The translations under genes were made by a program, and so were the position numbers. Below the pieces are notes generated by a model. The model had not been told where the DNA came from. It did no database searches and worked only from the letters and a program-made list of their open reading frames with translations. Positions 56,388 to 64,000 of a stretch of DNA of 64,000 bases are shown here, piece by piece. This stretch comes from Candidatus Latescibacterota bacterium (GTDB lineage: Bacteria; Latescibacterota; UBA2968). The stretch's first letter is position 1. The number at the start of each line of letters is the position of its first letter. The stretch is taken from NCBI GenBank assembly GCA_965222605.1, contig OZ244960.1, positions 4,672,001 through 4,736,000 of the forward strand, written 5' to 3'.

Positions 56388-57203
56388 ATGAAGACGTTGA
56401 ACGCAAAAGAAGTCGAAGCATTTAGAGAGCGGGGATACCACGTTGCGCGGGGCGTGTTTGATCGGGATGAGATTGTGCGTTTGCGCGAAGGATATGACTA
56501 TATTCTCGAACTGGCTGCGCGGACAGATCTTTCGGATGCGATTCTGCAAGGCAAAGGCCGCGAGGTGCATATTCATTTGCAGACGCCCAGGCCGATGGTT
56601 GGCCCAAAGGCTGTTCCGTATCTGCGAAAAGTCCAGTGGCCTTCTCTCATTCATCCCGCATTTGAGGAGATTCGGAATAGTGCGAAATTTCCCGCTCTGT
56701 TAGAGCCGGTGATCGGAACGTCGTTGAAGCAGTATATCAATCAGATTAATTTCAAGATGCCAGGTGGAGATATTCATTTTCCATGGCATCAGGATATTCG
56801 TCCCACGCCCGCGTTTCGCGATCAGGTGAATAATTATGTGCAGACCATTATTGTAGTGGATGAGGCGAGTGTTGCCAATGGCTGTTTACACGTTGTTCCC
56901 GGCAGTCATAAGCTGGGAAATTTGAAGGTGACGCGGTATGCAAAGGGAAAAATTGAAGAACAGATGGATGTGTCGTCGGCTGTGCCCTGTGAGGCAATGC
57001 CGGGTGATGTGGTGATGTTTACGTCTTATACAGTTCACGGCTCGGCACCAAATACGACGGATAAGCCGCGGCGTTCGTATATCAATGGATTTGTTCGCGC
57101 TTCGGCGTGTGATGTGGGAAAGTGGGCATTTCTGGAAGGAAAACCCGTTCCGATTACGAGTGATAGCGATTATCACGAGATTCGCTATGGGTCTGTCGGT
57201 TAA
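56388..57203 (+). CDS. Phytanoyl-CoA dioxygenase (PhyH) family protein
   Basis: WHQD, NGCL.VVPGSH, HGS.PN....RR. Confidence 0.88.
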   Translation: MKTLNAKEVEAFRERGYHVARGVFDRDEIVRLREGYDYILELAARTDLSDAILQGKGREVHIHLQTPRPMVGPKAVPYLRKVQWPSLIHPAFEEIRNSAKFPALLEPVIGTSLKQYINQINFKMPGGDIHFPWHQDIRPTPAFRDQVNNYVQTIIVVDEASVANGCLHVVPGSHKLGNLKVTRYAKGKIEEQMDVSSAVPCEAMPGDVVMFTSYTVHGSAPNTTDKPRRSYINGFVRASACDVGKWAFLEGKPVPITSDSDYHEIRYGSVG

Positions 57204-57220
57204 ATAAAGAGAGGTTCACA

Positions 57221-58537
57221 ATGCTTACGGCAAAAGCTGGTTGGGCGCAGTTTGATTCAACGCCGCCGCTGGGGCTGCCAATGGGCGGTCGAGGTCCGCG
57301 GTTTTCGCCCGGATCTGAGGTGCTTGATCCTCTGGTTGCGCAGGCGGTTGTTATTGAAGACCAAAAGGGTTATCGCACGGTCTGGGTCTCGATTGATATG
57401 ATCGGGATGACATGGCATGTGACGAGTCGCTTGCGCTGCGAGTTGGCTTCAATAACCGGCATACCTTTTGAAGCGATTATTGTCAATTTTTCACATACGC
57501 ACAGCGGTCCCATGTCCGGATTTGAGGGGTATGCAACGACTGTGGCTAAACCAGAAGACCTCGAGGCTTATGAAACTGATTTGCTGTCTCGCACGGTGAA
57601 AATGGTGCTCGAAGCCATCGAGAATATGCGAGAAGTCTCTATTTGTGTGCATCGCGGCACGTCTGAGATTGGGATTAACAGGCGCAGGCGGGGTGCCGAT
57701 GGAAGTATGGGGATGAGACCGAATCCGGATGGATATATGAATCGAGATCTTTGGGTGCTCGATCTCGTTGCAGAAGACGGTCGTTGTGTGCTGTTTAACT
57801 ATGGATGCCATCCGGTAATGGTTTACGGTTTTGCATGGGATGGCATTTCTGCTGATTTTCCCGGGGTCTGTCGCAATCGGCTGGTCGAATCCTTCGGCCC
57901 GAATACTCACGCACAGTTTATTCAAGGGTTTGCCGGCAATATCCGACCGCGCCGCCTCGCGGGGTTAGACGCATTTCGCAAATCTACGCCAGAGGATGTT
58001 GTTGCGACAGGTGCTCAACTCGCCGATGATGTTCTCTCGGCTATGGATGCGGGCGGTGAATTGTTGGAATTGGATCTCAATTGCGTATCGGGATTCGTGC
58101 TGGCTCCACGCGACCAAGATGCGATTCCGCCTCTTGCCCACTGGGAAACACTTGCCAAAAGCGAGGCAGAAGTGGAGCGCAATCTGGGTGCGTACTGGGT
58201 CGAGCGTTTGGGGTCTGGCATTCCGCCAGCGCGTTTTTTGCCCTGGGCGGTTGGCCTTATTCGCCTGGCTAAGGAACACACCATCGCGTGGCTTGGCAAC
58301 GAGGTGGTTGCCGAGTGGCTCCCCTTGCTGAGATCTTATCTCAATGATCCGAATCTCATTGCCTGGGGATATTGTCAGGATGGGCGCAATTATATGCCGA
58401 CAGATGCACTTATTCCCGAAGGTGGCTATGAAGTTGTCCAAGCGAATGCCTACACCAAAGCTGGCCCCGGTCCGTTCCAGGTTGGTATTGACGAGGTGAC
58501 AAAGAAGACTTTTCTCGAACTGGCCGAACGGCTGTGA
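57221..58537 (+). CDS. Neutral/alkaline ceramidase-like protein
   Basis: SHTHSGP, NRR, NYGCHP, SADFPG, GGYE. Confidence 0.75.
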   Translation: MLTAKAGWAQFDSTPPLGLPMGGRGPRFSPGSEVLDPLVAQAVVIEDQKGYRTVWVSIDMIGMTWHVTSRLRCELASITGIPFEAIIVNFSHTHSGPMSGFEGYATTVAKPEDLEAYETDLLSRTVKMVLEAIENMREVSICVHRGTSEIGINRRRRGADGSMGMRPNPDGYMNRDLWVLDLVAEDGRCVLFNYGCHPVMVYGFAWDGISADFPGVCRNRLVESFGPNTHAQFIQGFAGNIRPRRLAGLDAFRKSTPEDVVATGAQLADDVLSAMDAGGELLELDLNCVSGFVLAPRDQDAIPPLAHWETLAKSEAEVERNLGAYWVERLGSGIPPARFLPWAVGLIRLAKEHTIAWLGNEVVAEWLPLLRSYLNDPNLIAWGYCQDGRNYMPTDALIPEGGYEVVQANAYTKAGPGPFQVGIDEVTKKTFLELAERL

Positions 58538-58540
58538 CGG

Positions 58541-59632
58541 TTAGTTCTGATTAGATCGCCTGCGCCGTCCGCGTCGCCGCTCTTCGCGCCACCGTTCGTA
58601 TGCTTCTTCGTCAAATGTGATAACGGGGACCTCACCTCGCCACGCATTGGCAATGATGGGCATGATGCGCGATGTTGCCAATTGGAAATCCCGTCCAAAA
58701 GGTCTCGGGTTTGGAAACCATTTCCACAGCAGAGCGCCCGCAATACGCGGTTCGTTTTCAATGGCTTCAAGCGCGACGCGCCAGCACATTTCCTGTAAGG
58801 CGCGCGCGCCATCGTCATCCACGAGATATGTCCACGGTTCTGACGCTGCTTTATAAGATTGGTTGTATCCCAATTCGGTAAATACGATGTTGCGATCCAT
58901 TTTTTTAGCATAAGCTCGCAATTCTTTTACCAGACGATCCCATCCATTTCGGAGGTCGGCCTCTGTGGGGTTTTGGTTTTTCGCTATCGGGAAATAGCCC
59001 TGAATACCGATCACATCCAGGGCATCCCAGAATGGCACGCACGTGTAATCCGACCAATTCGCCGCATACGTAATCCGTCCTTTATATATTTTTCGCACAT
59101 CTGCAATCAGAGCACGCCATTCGGCTTTGCGATGCAGGGTTTTGTCCAATTCTGTCCCTACTACAAATGCATCGGCGTCTTTACAGGCTTCGGCCACGGC
59201 CAAAATCCAGGCGCGATAATCTGCCCAGAAGCGCTTCCATTCTTCCTCAGAGCGAAACGCAATTTCGCCCCGCCACTCAAATCCCGACCGCCAGTATGCC
59301 AGATGGGGCTTGATGCAAATTTTCAATCCCCGTTTGTGGGCTTCTACAATTGGTCGCGTCCAGTGCACGGGAGCCAGATCGCTGGCTCCCTCAAATCGCC
59401 TTACCCTGACCGATCCATCCTGCGAAATGCCCGCATAGGGATGGGTCGCCACCCAGTTTGCACCCAGAATTTCAATATCTCGCAGTGTTGAAACCATTTC
59501 GTCACTCGCCCAATCTCGCCCACCCCCGTGCGTTGAAATCGTAATTCCCCGCATTGGCATATCATCGTCTAATGCATGGGATTCAAACGCGGTAAATAAG
59601 CTAAATAATAGGACAAAATAATAACGAGACAT
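58541..59632 (-). CDS. Secreted GH113-like TIM-barrel glycoside hydrolase
   Basis: Signal peptide; KPH, WRG.I, GTEL, YAANW, W..LD.IG...YFP, FTE.GY. Confidence 0.78.
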   Translation of the reverse strand: MSRYYFVLLFSLFTAFESHALDDDMPMRGITISTHGGGRDWASDEMVSTLRDIEILGANWVATHPYAGISQDGSVRVRRFEGASDLAPVHWTRPIVEAHKRGLKICIKPHLAYWRSGFEWRGEIAFRSEEEWKRFWADYRAWILAVAEACKDADAFVVGTELDKTLHRKAEWRALIADVRKIYKGRITYAANWSDYTCVPFWDALDVIGIQGYFPIAKNQNPTEADLRNGWDRLVKELRAYAKKMDRNIVFTELGYNQSYKAASEPWTYLVDDDGARALQEMCWRVALEAIENEPRIAGALLWKWFPNPRPFGRDFQLATSRIMPIIANAWRGEVPVITFDEEAYERWREERRRGRRRRSNQN

Positions 59633-59650
59633 GATTGTTTTCCTTCACGC

Positions 59651-59677
59651 AAAAAAGGCGCAGTTTGTACTGCGCCT
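59651..59677 (-). terminator. Intrinsic terminator after gltD
   Basis: AGGCGCAGT/ACTGCGCCT stem followed by a T-run on the minus strand. Confidence 0.75.
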
Positions 59678-59705
59678 CCCGTTATCTATGATTTTATATG
59701 ACGAC

Positions 59706-61199
59706 TTACGGCAGGTCGGTCGATCCCATGAGGTAGCGGTCAGCTTCGCGGGCGGCACCGCGACCTTCGGCGAAAGCGAAGACAACGAGGCTCATGCCGC
59801 AGCGCACATCACCTGCGACAAAGAGACCGGGGATTTTGGTGGTAAATTCACCTTCAATGGCTTTGGCATTGGAGCGTTCGTCGCGTTCGAGTTCGAGTTC
59901 TTCCAGAATGGTGTCTTCGGGGCCGAGCCAGCCCATGGATAGGAAGACGAGATCGGCGGGCCATTCTTTTTCCGTGCCGGGCACTTCGCGGAATGGCGCG
60001 CCATTTTCTGCGGGGACCCATTCCACTTGCATGGTTTTTAATGCTTTGAGATTGCCGTTTTCATCGCCGATAAATTCCGTAGTGCTGATGAGATATTCGC
60101 GCGGGTCTCTACCAAAAATAGCGGCGGCTTCCTCTTGACCATAATCGGTTTTGAAAATGAGTGGCATTTGTGGCCAGGGGTTGCTGTCGGTGCGCGTTTT
60201 GGGCGGTTCGGGAATAATGTCGAACTGGTACAGGTTTTTGCAACCGTGGCGCATCGCCGTGCCCACGCAGTCGGTTCCCGTATCCCCTCCGCCGAGTACG
60301 ATAACGTGTTTGTCTTTGGCGTTTATATAATTGCCGTCTCCATGATTGGAGTCGAGCAGGCTTTTGGTGTTTTTGTGCAAATACTCAATGGCCTGATGCA
60401 CGCCGTTGAGTTCACGGCCTTTGATGGGCAGGTCGCGGGGCTTGAGTGCGCCAATGCAGAGCACGACCGCGTCGTATTCATTGAGGAGATCTTTTGCCAG
60501 CAGGTCTTTGCCAATTTCGGTATTGGTGATAAATTCGATGCCCGATTCGATCATGAGGTCAATGCGGCGTTGCACAACTTCTTTTTTATCGAGTTTCATG
60601 TTGGGAATACCGTACATGAGCAATCCGCCAATGCGGTCAGAACGCTCGTACACGGTAACTTTGTGCCCGGCTTTGTTGAGTTGTGCAGCACAAGAGAGAC
60701 CTGCGGGACCTGAACCCACGACGGCCACGCGCTTGCCCGTACGCTTTTCGGGTATATCGGGTGTGACCCAGCCTTCTTCCCAACCTTTGTCAATGATGGA
60801 AACTTCGATGTTTTTGATGGTGACGGCAGGTTCTGTCATGCCCAGCACGCAGGATCCCTCGCAGGGGGCTGGACAGACGCGACCTGTAAATTCGGGAAAG
60901 TTGTTGGTTTTGTGCAATCGTTCGAGGGCTTCTTTCCAGAGGCCGCGATACACGAGGTCATTCCACTCGGGAATGAGATTGTTGATGGGACAGCCAGAAG
61001 GAAAGGGTGTAGATTCGGGCAGGCGCACACCGGTATGGCAAAAGGGTATGCCACAGTCCATACACCGCGCACCCTGTTCACGAAGTTTTTCATCGGGGTG
61101 ATGATGGTGAAATTCTTCCCAGTCTTTGATGCGCTGTGCGGGATCTCTATCGGCCGGAAGTTCTCGCTGAAATTCCATGAATCCGGTCGGTTTTCCCAT
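59706..61199 (-). CDS. gltD: Glutamate synthase small subunit
   Basis: [42 protein letters not shown]. Confidence 0.95.
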   Translation of the reverse strand: MGKPTGFMEFQRELPADRDPAQRIKDWEEFHHHHPDEKLREQGARCMDCGIPFCHTGVRLPESTPFPSGCPINNLIPEWNDLVYRGLWKEALERLHKTNNFPEFTGRVCPAPCEGSCVLGMTEPAVTIKNIEVSIIDKGWEEGWVTPDIPEKRTGKRVAVVGSGPAGLSCAAQLNKAGHKVTVYERSDRIGGLLMYGIPNMKLDKKEVVQRRIDLMIESGIEFITNTEIGKDLLAKDLLNEYDAVVLCIGALKPRDLPIKGRELNGVHQAIEYLHKNTKSLLDSNHGDGNYINAKDKHVIVLGGGDTGTDCVGTAMRHGCKNLYQFDIIPEPPKTRTDSNPWPQMPLIFKTDYGQEEAAAIFGRDPREYLISTTEFIGDENGNLKALKTMQVEWVPAENGAPFREVPGTEKEWPADLVFLSMGWLGPEDTILEELELERDERSNAKAIEGEFTTKIPGLFVAGDVRCGMSLVVFAFAEGRGAAREADRYLMGSTDLP

Positions 61200-61213
61200 A
61201 AGTGCTCCTTTTC

Positions 61214-64000
61214 TCAAGCTTCAACTTCTACGCCTTGGCGGAATGCTTCAAGCCATGCATCTTCGCCTTTCAAACCCTCTTGTTGCGCGGTCTCATAAGC
61301 TGAGAGAATGCGCTTGTAGGGTTTGGGGAAGACTTTGATAAATTTGGGCAACATGTCATCCCAATGGACGAGGATGTGTTGCGCCACGTTGCTCTCGGTG
61401 TAGTCGGCGTGTTTGGTGATCATGCTTTTGAGTTCTTCAATGTCTTCGTGGTTTTGGACGGGTTCGAGATCGACGAGTTCGGGATTGCAGCGTATGTGGA
61501 AATCACCGTCTTCATCGAGCACATAAGCAATGCCGCCGGACATGCCGGCTGCAAAGTTGCGTCCGGTTTTGCCCAAAATGACAGCCATCCCACCTGTCAT
61601 ATACTCACATCCGTGATCGCCAATGCCCTCGACGACCGCGCTAACGCCCGAGTTGCGCACGCAAAAGCGTTCACCTGCCTGACCGCGAATGAAAGCTTGT
61701 CCATTGGTCGCACCGTAGAAGGATACGTTGCCGATGATGATGTTGTCTTCGGCTTTAAAGGTGGATCCTTTGCGCGGATAGACAATCAGTTTGCTGCCGC
61801 ATAATCCCTTGCCAAAGTAGTCATTGGCGTCGCCTTCGAGGCGGAAGGTGATACCCGGTGGTGTAAAGGCCGCAAAAGATTGTCCGGCCGATCCCTCAAA
61901 GGTGATGTCAATGGTGTCTTCGGGCAGGCCATCGGGCCCGAACCGGCGCGTGATTTCGCTGCCGAGGATGGTGCCGACCACGCGGTTAGTATTTTTGATG
62001 TCGAATTTCGCGTGTACTTTGCTGCCATCTTTTAGGGCGGGTTCGCAAAGTTCGAGTAGGATCTGGTTGTCCATGGCGTTTTCGAGACCGTGATCCTGTT
62101 CTATCTGGCAATAGCGCCCGATTTCTGGATCGGCGTCTGGTTTTTCGAGAATGGGGGACAGGTCCAGATATTTCGCTTTCCAGTGATCGGTTTTTGCCTG
62201 GTGGAGCAGGTCGGTGCGGCCAATGAGTTCATCGATGGTGCGCACGCCGAGTTGCGCCATTATTTCGCGCATGTCCTGTGCGATAAAACGCAAGAAATTG
62301 ACGACCTGGTCGGGGTCGCCCATAAATTTTTTGCGCAGTTCGGGATGCTGCGTGGCCACACCCACAGGGCAGGTATCGAGGTGGCAAACGCGCATCATGA
62401 TACAGCCCATGGCGACGAGTGCTGTGGTGGCAAATCCAAATTCTTCGGCACCGAGCAGGGCTGCAATAATCACATCGCGCCCGGTTTTGAGTTGTCCGTC
62501 GGTTTCGACTACGATGCGCGATCTCAGATTGTTGAGCACGAGGGTCTGGTGGGTTTCGGCAACGCCGAGTTCCCAGGGTAGGCCGGCGTGTTTGATGCTG
62601 GTTTGTGGCGATGCGCCGGTGCCGCCGTCAAGCCCGGAGATGAGTACCACATCGCCGTGGCCCTTGGACACGCCCGCTGCGACGATGCCTACATTAATTT
62701 CTGCGACGAGCTTGACGTTAATTCTGGCATGGTGGTTGGCATTTTTGAGATCGTGAATGAGTTGCGCCAGATCTTCGATGGAGTAAATATCGTGATGTGG
62801 CGGGGGTGAAATGAGTTCTACGCCCGGTGTGGAGTGCCGAACCGTGGCAATCCACGGATACACCTTTTTGCTGGGCAATTCGCCGCCCTCGCCAGGCTTG
62901 GCACCTTGCGCCATTTTGATCTGCAATTCTTTGGCATTGACCAGATAATAGCTGGTGACGCCAAAGCGTCCAGAAGCCACTTGTTTGATGGCGCTGTTTT
63001 TGGAATCGCCATTGGGTTCGAGGGTATAACGCGCCGGATCTTCCCCTCCTTCGCCGGTATTGCTTTTGCCACCCAGACGATTCATCGCAATGGCGAGTGC
63101 TTCGTGCGCTTCTTTGGATATTGATCCGTAGGACATGGCACCAGACTTAAAGCGTCTGGTAATCGCTTCGACGGGTTCAACTTCGTCGATGGAAATGGGT
63201 TCGCTGGCATAGTTGAAGTCCAGGAGACCGCGCAGGGTCGCCAGGTTTTTGGCCTGTTGATCGATGAGGACGGCGTATTCTTTGTACACGTCGTAGTCGT
63301 TGATGCGCGTGGCATGCTGGAGCTTGTGAATCGTAAGGGGATTAAAGAGGTGATATTCCCCACCTTGCCGCCACTGAAAATGCCCGCCCACATCGAGGGT
63401 GCTGCCATTGACTGAAATTTCGGGATACGCATCGCGATGCCGCATCAGGGCTTCTCGGGCAATGACATCGAGGCCAATGCCATCTATGCGGGAGTCTGTC
63501 CATGTAAAATATTGGTCAACGATGTTTTTTGAAATGCCAACTGCTTCAAAAATTTGAGCACCCCGATACGACTTGATGGTAGAGATGCCCATTTTGGCCA
63601 TGACTTTGACCACGCCTTTGGTCGCGGATTTGACATATCCTTTGACAGCATCGCGGTAGGAGATATCGGTCAATTGCTTTTCGGCGATCATGTCGGCCAG
63701 GCTTTCATAAGCTATATAGGGATTGATCGCCTGAGCGCCGTAGCCGATGAGCAAGCAGAAGTGATGCACTTCGCGGGGTTCTCCTGTTTCGAGAGCTATC
63801 CCGACTTTGGTGCGCTTGCCTTCTCGGATGAGGTGGTGGTGAAGACCGCTCATGGCCAGGAGCGCGGGAATGGGCGCGCGGTCTTTATCGACACCGCGAT
63901 CTGAAAGAATGAGAATGGTATAACCGTCGTCAATGGCTTTGTCGGCTTCTGCACACAATTTATGCATGGCTTTTTCGAGGCCGGCTTCGCCATCGGCCAC
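61214..64000 (-). CDS. gltB: Glutamate synthase large subunit (5' part outside the window)
   Basis: [34 protein letters not shown], CxxxxxCxxxxC Fe-S motif, GXGXG C-terminal domain. Confidence 0.97.
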   Translation of the reverse strand: MADGEAGLEKAMHKLCAEADKAIDDGYTILILSDRGVDKDRAPIPALLAMSGLHHHLIREGKRTKVGIALETGEPREVHHFCLLIGYGAQAINPYIAYESLADMIAEKQLTDISYRDAVKGYVKSATKGVVKVMAKMGISTIKSYRGAQIFEAVGISKNIVDQYFTWTDSRIDGIGLDVIAREALMRHRDAYPEISVNGSTLDVGGHFQWRQGGEYHLFNPLTIHKLQHATRINDYDVYKEYAVLIDQQAKNLATLRGLLDFNYASEPISIDEVEPVEAITRRFKSGAMSYGSISKEAHEALAIAMNRLGGKSNTGEGGEDPARYTLEPNGDSKNSAIKQVASGRFGVTSYYLVNAKELQIKMAQGAKPGEGGELPSKKVYPWIATVRHSTPGVELISPPPHHDIYSIEDLAQLIHDLKNANHHARINVKLVAEINVGIVAAGVSKGHGDVVLISGLDGGTGASPQTSIKHAGLPWELGVAETHQTLVLNNLRSRIVVETDGQLKTGRDVIIAALLGAEEFGFATTALVAMGCIMMRVCHLDTCPVGVATQHPELRKKFMGDPDQVVNFLRFIAQDMREIMAQLGVRTIDELIGRTDLLHQAKTDHWKAKYLDLSPILEKPDADPEIGRYCQIEQDHGLENAMDNQILLELCEPALKDGSKVHAKFDIKNTNRVVGTILGSEITRRFGPDGLPEDTIDITFEGSAGQSFAAFTPPGITFRLEGDANDYFGKGLCGSKLIVYPRKGSTFKAEDNIIIGNVSFYGATNGQAFIRGQAGERFCVRNSGVSAVVEGIGDHGCEYMTGGMAVILGKTGRNFAAGMSGGIAYVLDEDGDFHIRCNPELVDLEPVQNHEDIEELKSMITKHADYTESNVAQHILVHWDDMLPKFIKVFPKPYKRILSAYETAQQEGLKGEDAWLEAFRQGVEVEA

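Noticed and set aside
1-64000. Prophage, IS, integron, retron or DGR
   Set aside because: No transposase, integrase, phage structural gene or reverse transcriptase motif recognised in any ORF

Overview
Bacterial chromosomal window; the gene content (PhyH dioxygenase, sulfatase remnant, DUF6785-like transporter, many TA modules) resembles FCB/PVC-type, possibly sponge-associated lineages, which is an inference. Bases 1.2-14.5 kb are a defence locus. It holds a 47-repeat type I-E CRISPR array whose oldest repeats belong to a different repeat variant, and a complete cas3-cas8e-cse2-cas6e-cas7-cas5e-cas1-cas2 operon on the minus strand. An HTH-WYL regulator lies upstream, separated from cas3 by an opposite-strand toxin-antitoxin cassette (intact PIN pair plus a truncated MazF-like toxin). 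That cassette is bracketed by the WYL 3' end and a decayed second copy of it. The oldest spacer partially matches this decayed copy just upstream of the cas3 promoter, which may be chance or a CreR-like autoregulation signal. The rest is mostly housekeeping and catabolic: aroA, dnaE, mreD-mrdA-rodA with LysM/SLT and SPOR genes, mtnA, rsfS, carA, pyrC, topoisomerase IV and gltBD. It also contains a second TA cluster, a sulfatase pseudogene, an orphan adenine methylase inserted between parE and parC, and an AvaI/BsoBI-type restriction-modification pair directly after parC. No tRNA, rRNA, transposase, integrase or reverse transcriptase was recognised. All product calls come from motif recognition by eye, not database searches.
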